A stretch of DNA of 64,000 nt from Squalus acanthias (Eukaryota): assembly GCA_030390025.1 (NCBI GenBank), contig JASTWF010000349.1:248001-312000 (forward strand), given 5' to 3'. This document shows, in pieces, positions 21,401 to 30,815 of this stretch. How positions within the stretch are numbered: position 1 is the stretch's first letter; each line of letters begins with the position of its first letter. Under the pieces are notes generated by a model, which worked only from the letters and a program-made list of their open reading frames with translations, ran no database searches and was not told the DNA's origin. A program made the translations under genes and the position numbers.

Positions 21401-22414
21401 ACTCACAACACTTATCTATTGACCATGGTCGATGAGTATTCCCGTTTTCCGTTTGCCTTTCCCTGCCCCAATATGCTGACGACCACGGTTATCAGCTGCC
21501 TTGAGCAGGTATTTGCTTTCTGTGGCATGGCATCCTATGTTCATTCGGATCGGGGCCCTTCTTTTATGTCAGGAGAACTCAAGGCCTATCTCTCGGAACG
21601 GGGTATTGCTGCCAGCAAAACGACGCCTTATCATCCGGTCGGGAATGGGCAAGTCGAGCGTTATAACGCTATTATCTGGAATGCGGTACGTCTGGCTTTG
21701 AGATCTCGGGGCCTACCCAACCAGCAATGGGAAGAAATACTTCCAGACGCATTACACTCTACATGGTCCCTCCTTTCGACCGCCACAAATACGACGCCTC
21801 ATGAACGGTTCTTCCGATTTCAGCGTCGCTCATCCTATGGGATATCTCTCCCGTCATGGCTGACTGCACCGGGACCAGTGCTACTCCGAAGATATGTCCG
21901 GGCGTCTAAGAATGAACCCCTGGTAGATGAGGTTGAGCTCACTGACTTCAACCCTACCTACGCCTATATTCGGTATCCTGACGGTCGGGAATCTACCGTG
22001 TCATTGCGGGATCTGGCTCCCTGCTTGCCGAAACATAGAGGGACACCAGGGGATGATATTGTACCAGGCACATCTCTGGGCTCGCCAGGTGCCTCTCATC
22101 ACGATCTGGATCTGACGCCGGCTGGTACCTCACTCCAGCGTGCCGACCTGGGGCAGACTGACTATGAGCCCGTCGGGGCTCGCACGCGCAGCCACAATCC
22201 ACCCCGTACCGTACGCTCGGAAACGGATCTGCCACAGCCCTGCCCGACACCCGTTCGGGCACCAGTACACAGTCAGGATCGTCCTGACCCCTCACAGAGC
22301 GGGCTGGATCACTCGGACTCTGGTCCATGGCCCGTGGCGGGTAAACGGGCTAGGGGCCCTCTACCGCTACGAGAACCCAAACGGGTGCGGCTCTCCCTCG
22401 TCCAGCGGCTATGA
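18485..22414 (+). CDS. Gag-Pol polyprotein, 1309 aa (Gag zinc knuckles, protease, RT, RNase H, integrase)
   Basis: CFFC..H....C plus CSHCNKKGHFAKVC; ALIDSGS; RLCIDY, YDLKSAYHQ, LPFG, YLDN; ECDAS, EKEA, TDQ; HHCC plus SIDF/HSDRG/QVERYN, in Gypsy order. Confidence 0.96.
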   Translation: MENILKPSRLDLDPNTPAAGKVWKHWYRTFDNFLEYCKADDDSKLRILINCVTPNVFQYVEEWGSYEEAIRTLKRLYTKTPNEVYARHLLATAQQGPEESIDKFLQELRRLSMDCNFQAASAELYHEEMICDVFICGLASPFIRQRLLESKTLELQRAYDMACSLDLAKRNADLYTVPRPRSTALTTVRQFKRPQVNSIREVFIPDDQSDDFTDEEDDDPTVAASWQSKKCFFCGDEFHPQKFCPARNAFCSHCNKKGHFAKVCLSRASTRAYQAKSYRTAPVRAYQDVPAKIYRASSWVSSRRNTPRVSATLCATTPITAACPQNLFHAATKASINGHTLDALIDSGSTDSFIREQIVAELKLHVFPSDQAIAMAQSSLNTRISGFCMVEITLNGHRYPSTRLSVLKDLCSDLILGLDFQKQHKKLTIEFGGSKPELTISNILPRLPFCALSAASLDEPSLFTSIPPRCKPIITKSRRFSQEDQSFIAAEISRLLAEDIIEPCSSPWRAQVVIVKNPLQPHKKRLCIDYSQTINQYTDLDAYPLPRIDDMVNKLAEYTVFSTYDLKSAYHQVPLKVSDKQYTAFEANGWLYQFRRLPFGVTNGVAVFQRAMDDLVKQEDLKDTFPYLDNITVAGRNQREHDANLQRFWDALQHRNLTLNAAKSIESQPTINILGYCVGNGIIKPDPERLRPLQELPPPKNPASLRRALGLFAYYAKWIPNFSDRIQPLLKASTFPLDTAAVAAFNLLKKQLEKAALHSIDESLPFVVECDASEVAISATLNQEGRPVAFLSRTFQGAELHYPPVEKEATAIIEAVQKWSHLLARQHFTLITDQRSVAFMLDNRKRTKIKNNKIQLWRLELASFGYTIHYRPGKENVAPDTLTRAFCSAMAPSMLVDIHDGLCHPGVTRMLHFVRSRNLPFSTGDVKKMCSDCRVCAELKPQFFRPSGGILIHATQPMQRLSIDFKGPLPSSTHNTYLLTMVDEYSRFPFAFPCPNMLTTTVISCLEQVFAFCGMASYVHSDRGPSFMSGELKAYLSERGIAASKTTPYHPVGNGQVERYNAIIWNAVRLALRSRGLPNQQWEEILPDALHSTWSLLSTATNTTPHERFFRFQRRSSYGISLPSWLTAPGPVLLRRYVRASKNEPLVDEVELTDFNPTYAYIRYPDGRESTVSLRDLAPCLPKHRGTPGDDIVPGTSLGSPGASHHDLDLTPAGTSLQRADLGQTDYEPVGARTRSHNPPRTVRSETDLPQPCPTPVRAPVHSQDRPDPSQSGLDHSDSGPWPVAGKRARGPLPLREPKRVRLSLVQRL

Positions 22415-22459
22415 AATGGAGGGAGCATCCCGGCCTCCTAATCTTTTGGGGGGGGAGAA

Positions 22460-22653
22460 TGTGGTAACACAATACAGCTTCCTGTGACTCGAACTTTATT
22501 GCATCACTTCCTGTGATTAGTCCAGGATAAATACTGGACTGATCAGTTGGATCCTGGAGAGGCATAGAGTAAGACCTCTTTTGTATGGAGCACCTTTTTA
22601 GTTGATTAAAGCTTACTTTAAGTTCACCACGCGTAAGGCTCATTCTTACGACA
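22460..22653 (+). repeat. 3' LTR
   Basis: Direct repeat of the 5' LTR, preceded by a polypurine tract. Confidence 0.97.
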
Positions 22654-22740
22654 GGAACCAAAGTATGTATTTAATTGGTCAGCCATTTCTTTGTTCCCCA
22701 TTATAAATTCCCCTGATTCTGACTGCAAGGGACCTATGCT

Positions 22741-23826
22741 TTACTTCACCAATCTTTTTCTCTTCACATATCTATAGAAGCTTTTACAGTCAGTTTTTAT
22801 GTTCCCTGAAAGCTTACTCTCATATTCTATTTTCCCCCTCTTAATTAATCCCTTTGTCCTCCTTTGCTGAATCCTAAACTGCTCCCAGTCCTCAGGTTTG
22901 CTGCTTTTTCTAGCCAATTTATATGTCCTCTCCTTGGATCTTATGCTATCCCTAATTTCCCTTGTTAGCCACGGTTGAGTCACCTTTTTAATTTTATTTT
23001 TATGCCAAACAGGGATGAACAAATTCTGTAGTTCATCCATGCGATCTTTAAATGTTTGCCATTGCCTATCCACCGTCAACCCTTTAAGTAACGCTCCCCA
23101 ATCCATCCTAGCCAACTCGCGCCTCATACCATCATAGTTTCCTTTATTTAAATTCAGGACCCTAGTCTCTGAGTCAACTACTTCACTCTCCATCTTAATG
23201 AAGAATTCTATCATATTATGATCGCTCCGACCCAAGGGGCCTCGCACAACAAGATTGCTAATCAATCCTTTCTCATTACATAATACCCAGTCTAAGATGG
23301 CCTGATCTCTAGTTGGTTCCTCGACATATTGGTCCAGGAAACCATCCCGTATACACTCTAGGAATTCCTCCTCCACAGTATTGTTACTAACTTGGTTAGC
23401 CCAATCTATATGTAGATTAAAGTCACCCATGATAACTGCTGTGCCCTTATTGCACGCGTCTCTAATTTCCCGTTTAATGCCATCCCCAACCTCAGCATTA
23501 CTGTTTGGGGGTCTGTATACAACTTCCACTAGCGTTTTCTGCCCCATAGTATTTCTCAGCTCTATCCATACAGATTCCACATCATCAGAGCTAATATCCT
23601 TCCTTACTATTGTGTTAATCTCCTCTTTAACCAGCAATGCCATCCCACCTCCTTTTCCTTTTTGTCTGTCCTTCCTGAATATTGAATACCCCTGGATGTT
23701 GAATTCCCAGCTTTGGTCACCTTGGAGCCATGTCTCCGTAATCCCAATTATATCATATCCGTTTACATCTATTTGCGCAGCTAATTCATCCACCTTATTA
23801 CGAATACTCCTCGCATTAAGACACAA
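22741..23826 (-). pseudogene. CR1 ORF2 APE endonuclease fragment
   Basis: CLNARSIRNK, GITETWL, VYRPPN, MGDFN, SDHN motifs. Confidence 0.92.
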
Positions 23827-23827
23827 A

Positions 23828-24715
23828 GGGGGAGAAATTCAGTATCGCCCCATTTGGGGCGCAATTATCGGCCGGGCGCAAAGATTAGCGCCTGGCGCTA
23901 TTTATCGCCACCGACTGCAAACTTGACTTTTATCACCCCTGGAGGTGATTGGAGCGCTAAATCAGTCGCTTCACACCTGTCTTAAGGCGCAAAGCCGAGG
24001 AGCGAGGTGCTACCTCAGAGCGCTGGCGAAGCTCATGTGATGTCAGTCAGCAATGGAACACACACACAATGGCGCCGGCCAGTTCTTAAAGGGGAGGGTT
24101 GATCTTGCTTTCCATCCACATCCTGCTCATTGCAGCCTTGAATCTCGGCCTGGAGAGACCTGCACATCAAATCTGCTGGAAAGAACAATGGAGAGTACCA
24201 GGGAAAGAGCTCAGAGTGCAGCCCCCACAGTCTCTTCTAAATCGATACAAGGAAGGGAAAATCAAAATGAACCTGCTCAGTACCAAAAACTCCTTCTCAC
24301 AGTGTTGAATCTCTCCAGAAGTCTCTCTCTCTCTCTCTCTCTCTCAGAATGCGTGGTTCAAAAATGTCACCAACAATAAAAGGCAGGAAGCGGTCGCCTT
24401 TAAATAGCGCCCCCCCAGTCCCTTCCTGACTGCAAAACGCTCCCCTCAACCTGTCGTTGCTAGCGGCAGGCGGTAAGGCAGGGGGCGCCACTCAATATCC
24501 GCTCCGGGGCAATACCGGGGTGTTGTGCACTCGACTGACGTCACGATCTGCCGGCGCAGGAGATCGTGGTGGTAGTGTTTAGCGCCGCCACAAAATGTCT
24601 AGTTAATTTCGTGAGCGGCGCAAACATCGCCGCGCCCGGGCGCTAGATGCTTTGCATCCCATTAGCGCCCTCTTAAGGCGCTAACTGGAGGTGCAACCAA
24701 CTGAATTTTTCCCCC
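23828..24715 (+). mobile_element. Non-autonomous Harbinger-type element (MITE 1), 888 bp
   Basis: TIRs GGGGGAGAAATTCAGT / ACTGAATTTTTCCCCC; 3-bp TSD AAA; CR1 sequence resumes seamlessly on both sides. Confidence 0.88.
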
Positions 24716-24748
24716 AAAGCCTTCAGGCTTGTTTTTTTAACACTCTTA

Positions 24749-25642
24749 GGGGTAGAAATTAGGTCGCGCCCCATTTGGGGCGCAAATATCGTCCGGACGC
24801 AAATATTAGCGCCTGGCGCTAATTATCGGCACTGACGGGAAACTTCACTTTTACCGCCCCGGGAGGTGAGTGGAGCGCTAAAGCAGGCGCTGCACACCTC
24901 TCTTAAGGCGCAAAGGCCGAGCAGTGAGGCGCTAACTCGGAGCGCTGGCGAAGCTCATGTAATGTCAGTCAGCAATGGAACACACACACAATGGCACGGG
25001 CCAGTTCTTAAAGGGGATGGTTAATCTTGCTTTCCATCCACATCCTGTTCATTGCTGCCTTGAATCTCGGCCTGGAGAGACTTGCACATCAAATGTGCTG
25101 GAAAGAACAATGGAGAGCACCAGGCAAAGAGCTCAGAGTGCAGCTCCCACGGTCTCTGCTAAATCGATACAAGGAATGGCAAATCAAAATGAACCTGCAA
25201 AGTGCTGCTCAGTACCCAAAACTCCTTCACACAACGTTGAATCTCTCCAGAAGTCTCTCCCTCTCTCTCTCAGAATGCCTAGTTCAAAAATGCCACCAAC
25301 AATAAAAGACAGGAAGAGGCCCCCTTTAAATAGCGCCCCCCCCAGCCCCACAGCGATTGATAGCGTTCCAGTCTTCTGGTCGTTGGAAGCGCCAGGCGGT
25401 AAGGCAGGGGGCGCCACTCAATTTCCGCTACGGGGCGCCCCAAGGGCGTTGCACCATGGAATGACGTCACAATCTGCGCGCGCAGGTGGTCGCAGCGGTA
25501 AGTTTTAGCGCCGCCGCACAATCTCAAGTTAAGTTCTCGAGCGGCACAAACATCGCTGCGCCCGGGCGTTAGCGGCTTTCCGCCCCATTAGCACCCCTCT
25601 TAAGGCGCTAACGGGTGGCGCAACCAAGTGAATTTTTACCCC
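24749..25642 (+). mobile_element. Non-autonomous Harbinger-type element (MITE 2), 894 bp, related subfamily
   Basis: TIRs GGGGTAGAAATT / AATTTTTACCCC; flanks TTA / ATA; colinear with MITE 1. Confidence 0.88.
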
Positions 25643-25799
25643 ATAGTCCTTTTACAATTATTATTTACTGTAGCCCTGTTTGATTTACACCCTTGATTTC
25701 TCTGCCTTCCACTTTTGCTTTTCTCCTTCCTGTCTTTTGCTTCTATCCTTGCTCCCCTTTCCTCTGTCTCCCTGCACAGGTTCCCAACCCCCTGCCATT

Positions 25800-26750
25800 T
25801 TAGTTTAAACCCTCCCCAACAGCACTAGCAAACACTCCCCCTAGGACATCGGTCCCGGTTCTGCCCAGGTGCAAACCGTCCAGTTTGTACTGGTCCCACC
25901 TCCCCCAGAACCGGTTCCAATGTCCCAGGAATTTGAATCCCTCCCCCTTGCACCATTCCTCTAGCCACGTATTCATCTGAAATATCCTTCTATTTCTACT
26001 CTGACTAGCACGTGGCACCGGTAGCAATCCTGAGATTACTACCTTTGAGGTCCTATTTTTTAATTTACCTCCTAACTCCCTATATTCAGCTTTTAGGACC
26101 TCATCCCGTTTTTTACCTATATCGTTGGTACCTATATGCACCACGACAACTGGCTGTTCACCCTCCCTCTCCAGAATGCTCTGCAGCCGCTCCGAGACAT
26201 CCTTGACCCTTGAACCAGGGAGGCAACATACTATCCTGGAGTCTTGTTTGCGGCCGCAGAAACGCCTATCTATTCCCCTTACAATAGAATCCCCTATCAC
26301 TATAGCTCTCCCGCTCTTTTTCCTCCCGTCCTGTGCAGCAGAAGCACCCTTGGTGCCAGGAAGTTGGCTGCTGCTGCCTTCCCCCGATAAGCCATCTCCC
26401 TTCAACAATATCCAAAATGGTATATCTGTTTGAGAGGGGGATGTCCACAGGGGACCCCTGCACTATCTGTCTGCGCCTACTACTCTGCAAGGTGGTCACC
26501 CATTCCCTTCCTGCCTGGGCAGCTTTACCTGTGGTGTGACCAACTCATTAAACGTGCTATCCACGATGTCCTCAGCATCGCGAATGCTCCAGTATGCATC
26601 CATTCGCAGCTCCAGTGCCGCAATGCGGTCTGCCAGTAGCTGCAGCTGGATACACTTCCCGCACATGTGGTCAACAGGGACACAGGAAGTGTCCCTGATT
26701 TCCCACACAGTGCAGGAGGAGCATGCCACGGGGCTGAGCTGTGCTGTCAT
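25800..26750 (-). pseudogene. CR1 ORF1 (zinc finger/leucine zipper + SGNH esterase), frameshifted
   Basis: CSSC...CGKC...LELRM (26496-26750), then VIGDS, GTND, DGLH (25800-26408), ending VGEGLN*. Confidence 0.9.
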
Positions 26751-27057
26751 GACTTACCCTTTAATTAATTTAAATTAACTCAAATCAATACCACAAATTA
26801 CACTACAATTAAATGATATACTCAAGGGCCCTTGTATACTAGCTCTCCCTGCTACACAACAGAGACTTTAGAAACTATAACCACAAAAATTAGGACCTTC
26901 TAAACTTTATAAACTATTAACCTTAACTGTCAAACTACAGAGTAGTATAAATACTCACCTGGCCGGACTCACCCAATCAGCTGCTTCTTCTTGTCCGCGT
27001 CACTTTTTGAATTGTGACGTGGCTCTGGAATGCCGCCGCCGGTCTGTGAGATTCGTA

Positions 27058-27585
27058 AGCCTCTGAAAAAAAGCCCGCAAAAGTGAGTTTAAATACTCAC
27101 TGTGCTGCTACTCTCTCCGCTCCTGACACTGGCCTCTGAAAGAAAGCCCACGAAAGTGAGTTTAACTACTCACTGTACTGTCGCTCTCTCTGCTCCCGAC
27201 ACTGGCCTCTGTAAAAAATAAAACCCGCAAAAGTGAGTTTAAATACTCACTGTGCTGCTACTCTCTCCGCTCCTGACACTGGCCTCTGAAAGAAAGCCCA
27301 CGAAAGTGAGTTTAACTACTCACTGTACTGTCGCTCTCTCTGCTCCCGACACTGGCCTCTGTAAAAAATAAAACCCGCAAAAGTGAGTTTAAATACTTAC
27401 TATGCTGCTGCTCTCTCCGCTCCCGACACTGGCCTCTGTAAAAAAAAAAGCCCGCGAAAGTGAGTTTAAATACTCACTGTACTGTCGCTCTCTCTGCTCC
27501 CGACACTGGCCTCTGTAAAAAATAAAACCCGCGAAAGTGAGTTTAAATACTTGCTGTGCTGCTGCTCTCTCCGCTCCCGACACTG
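27058..27585 (-). repeat. CR1 5' UTR tandem repeat, about 7 units of 73-77 bp
   Basis: ACTGGC anchors at 27128, 27201, 27278, 27351, 27428, 27505, 27582. Confidence 0.9.
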
Positions 27586-27863
27586 GCGTTTCCTCTGCCC
27601 ACCTGGGGCTCTCTTGCCGTGTCGGAGCTCTGAGTAGAGCGCTTGTTTTGGGAGTCTCGTATCGGGCATGCGGACGATGTTGCCCGTCCATCGGAGCTGA
27701 TCGAGCGTGGTCAAAGCTTTAATGCTGGGAATGTTGGCCTGAGTGAGAACACTGAAGGCTGCACTGGCACACTGTCATCGACGTCTGCTCTTGTTGACAG
27801 TAGGCTCCCGAGGTATGGAAAGTGGTCCACGTTGTCCAAGGCCTCGTCATGGATTTTGATAAT

Positions 27864-28536
27864 AATGGTGGTGGACCATTAAACAACTAACAGGAGTAGG
27901 AGGCTCCATGAATATCCCTATCCTCAATGATGGGGCAGCCCAGCACGCGACTGCAAAAGACAAGGCTGAAGCGTTTGCAACCATTTTCAGCCAGAAGTGC
28001 CGAGTGGATGATCCATATCGACCTACTCCTGAAGTCCCCACCATCACAGAAGCCAGTCTTCAGCCAATTTGATTCACTCCACGTGATATCAAGAAACAGC
28101 TGAGCGCACTGGATACAGAAAGGGCTATGGGCCCCGACAGCATCCCAGCTATCGTGTTGAAGACTTGTGCTCCAGAACTAGCTGCGCCTCTAGCCAAGCT
28201 GTTCCAGTACAGCTACAACACTGGCATCTATCCGACAATGTGGAAAACTACTCAGCCCCGTGACATTCAACGGCATCACCATCGCCGAATCCCCCACCAT
28301 CAACATCCTGGGGGTCACCATTGACCAGAAACTTAACTAGACCAGCCACATAAATACTGTGGCAACAAGAGCAGGTCAGAGGCTGGGTATTCTGCGGCGA
28401 GTGTCTCACCTCCTGACTCCCCAAAGCCTTTCCACCATCTACAAGGCACAAGTAAGGAGTGTGATGGAACACGCTCCACTTGCCTGGGTGAGTGCAGCTC
28501 CAACAACACTCAAGAAACTCGACACCATCCAGGACA
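27864..28536 (+). mobile_element. LINE family B copy 2, 3' continuation with the RT core deleted
   Basis: Resumes at the RTE TSD; GPDSIP...PTMWK joins directly to the post-RT region (ILGVTIDQKL...AGQRLGILRR...IYKAQVRSVME). Confidence 0.88.
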
Positions 28537-29074
28537 AAAAACAGGCCAATTTGGGGGTGGGGGGGGAATCTGGGGAATTCCTCTCCGACTCATCTAGGCG
28601 ATCAAAACTAGTCCAGGGGATCACGCTGGCCCTGAATTCCCTGCAGTACCCACCTTCTGTAAGAGGTGATCTCCACCCCAGCCAGAAAGCGGCCCAACTC
28701 TCGCTTGAAGGAGTTCAGTGAATCAGCGTCCATCGCACCAGAGGGCAGCCTGTTCCAGAGGTTCACTATTCTCTGGGAAAAGAACCATCTCCTGACATCT
28801 AACCTCGATCTGGCCTTGTACTACTTAAAATTGTCACCCCTGGTCTACCCGAACCTGTTTAATGGAATCAAACTCAGCTGGAACACAATCGATTCCCTTT
28901 ATAAACTTAAACCTCAATCAGATCACCCCTAAGTCTACGCTTTAAAGTGTAGAGTCCCAACTCTTTTAGCCTATCTTGATAACTAAGATGCTTTAGACTG
29001 AGAATTAGTCTAGTGGCTCCTCCTCTAAGCCTCAATATCACCCACCATGTGAGGAGACCAGACCTGGACACAGT
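28537..29074 (-). mobile_element. Old CR1 3' ORF2/3' UTR fragment
   Basis: LSYQDRLKELGLYTLKRRLRGDLIEV on the minus strand. Confidence 0.8.
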
Positions 29075-29559
29075 GGGCCAGAAATTCGGCTCCACAGTGC
29101 CTGGTTTTTCGGCGCTATGGGTGCCATTGTGTGTCCAAAATGGCATCCGAGCAGCCCGTGCACTCTTCTGGTGTGGGCGGCGCCAGACGCCATTTTGGTG
29201 AAGGCGTTAGCGTCGGTGCTGGGACGCTGATTTGACGCCAGTGCTGCCATTTTCGACCTCAACACTGGAGCTAACGCCCTCTCTTAACCTCGCACAGCTG
29301 AGCCTGCGTTCAGCAGCAGGAAGGACCCGCACCAGCGCTATTTAAAGGGAACATCACCTACTTGCAGGTTAGTTGCTGATTGATTTCTACTGGCTGTTGC
29401 TGAGTTTGTACAAGTGTTTGGTGCTTTTTAGACTTCTTTAAAGTTGCCTAAAGTTGACAAGGAGTGGTGTGGCACATGCTCAAGGACTTGGTACTGACTT
29501 GCAAGGGGCCTGCTCAGACCAGTTACTCCCAGACAGGGGTGCAGTAGTGTGAATCCCCC

Positions 29560-30580
29560 TTGGCCTGCAGCATGAGAGGGAGAATGAGCAGAGGCTGCAC
29601 AGAGCAGGACAAGCTGCTAGAAGAGGCAGGAGGAGGAAGGGGAGAAGGGCTCTCAGCAGGAGGCCATATCCACCCAGGGTTTTCAGGGAGCAATTCTCCG
29701 AGCTCAGCCTCAGCGAGGAACAGTGCATGCAGCGTCTTTGTTTGACGAAGGAGGTGCTCACAGAAATCTGCCACCTGCTGCAGACAGACCTGCAGCCTCA
29801 GTCCAGGGCGCGGATGGCATTGCCAGGTAACTGTGGCCTTAAACTTCTTCACATTGGGCTCCTTCCAGGCTGGAGCAGGCAACATCTGTAACATCTCCCA
29901 GTTCACCATCCACTCCTGTATAAGGGAGGTGAGTGAGGCTGTGTATGCAAGGAGAGCTGAATACATTTCATTCTCTTGCCAGAGAGCAGCAGATGGAGCG
30001 AGCATGCGGCTTTGCCAGAATAGCAGGCTTCTCCATGGTGCAGGGTGCCATTGACTGCACACACGTCGCTTTGCAGGCACCGCATGTGAATTTGGAGATT
30101 CCCGGAAGGGATTCCACTCCCTCAATGTCCAGCTGGTGTGCGACAATGCTCAGCGCATCATGCAGGTCAATGCTTGGTATCCTGGCAGCAGCCATGGTGC
30201 CTTCATTCTGCGGCAGTCCGCTGTCCCATCTGCATTTGAGCCACCACGACAAACCAGAGGGTGGCAACTGGGCGAGAAGGGCGCTCCGCTGACCACCTGG
30301 CTCATGACTCCGCTGCGCTACCCAACCACGCGTGGGCAGCATACATATAACGAAAGCCATGCTGGCACACAATATAGCAGACCATTGGCATCCTCAAACA
30401 ACGCTTCCGCTGCCTGGACCACACTGGAGGAGCCCTGCAGTACTCACCAGAGCATGTCTCAAGATTCGTCATGGTCTGCTGCATGCTCCACAACCTCGCC
30501 ACCATGAGGGCACAGCCCTTGCCACCAGGCATACGGCGACCAGCTGAGGAGGAGGAGGAGAGGAAGCGGAAGGGAGGAGG
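29560..30580 (+). pseudogene. Harbinger (HARBI1-like) DDE transposase, multiply frameshifted
   Basis: ALNFFTLGSFQ, VQGAIDCTHV, SLNVQLVCD, YPGSSHGAFIL, LGEKG, YNESH, CCMLHNLA spread across frames. Confidence 0.9.
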
Positions 30581-30815
30581 CAACCAGACAGTCCCTTTCT
30601 GCCCGGGCTGTCCAAGATCAAATCATCTGCCTGCGTTACCAGTGAACGCGACCTCTATTCCCTATTCAACATTAGTCCCACATCTTACTTTCCCTCTGTT
30701 ACTGACCATCACAGCGTCCTCTTGGCCACAATGCTACAATAAATGCCACCACAAAACAAACATTCCAAACCAATTTTACGAATCACACTATTACAATATT
30801 TCAATCAAAAGTCAA

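Larger units (their letters stand above)
18213..22653 (+). mobile_element. Full-length Ty3/Gypsy LTR retrotransposon
   Basis: TG...CA LTRs of 194 bp (18213-18406, 22460-22653) with one mismatch; 5-bp TSD GGAAC (18208-18212, 22654-22658); [15 protein letters not shown] at 22448-22459. Confidence 0.97.
16758..27585 (-). mobile_element. Near full-length CR1 LINE (5' repeats, ORF1, ORF2, 3' tail), interrupted by a Gypsy element and two MITEs
   Basis: ORF1 26750-25800; ORF2 pieces 23826-22659 and 18212-16841 (GVPQGSVLGP, FADD); TTCTATGTTTCTAT tail at about 16758-16772; internal deletion near 18150. Confidence 0.93.
16425..27863 (-). mobile_element. 5'-truncated RTE-clade LINE, split into 16425-16757 and 27586-27863 by a CR1 insertion
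   Basis: QLRWTGNIVRMPDTRLPKQALYSELRHGKRAPGGQRKR continues as EDTLKASLKKCNI and ends in a CPTC..C.SHIGLISHLR zinc finger; (GA)n tail; 14-bp TSD AATGGTGGTGGACC at 16411-16424 and 27864-27877. Confidence 0.9.

Noticed and set aside
22030..22414. Possible env or chromodomain after the integrase
   Set aside because: Low-complexity Pro/Arg/Ser tail with no signal peptide, transmembrane segment or chromodomain pattern.
24053..24379. Recurrent MEHTHNG... ORF in three copies
   Set aside because: Lies inside MITEs; lengths differ (108, 177, 126 aa) through frameshifts; no recognisable domain.
27058..27585. CRISPR-like palindromic repeat array
   Set aside because: No unique spacers, no cas genes, eukaryotic context; it is the CR1 5' UTR.
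29560..30580. Domesticated HARBI1 host gene
   Set aside because: Multiple frameshifts, altered catalytic motifs, adjacent TIR and Myb partner indicate a dead transposon.
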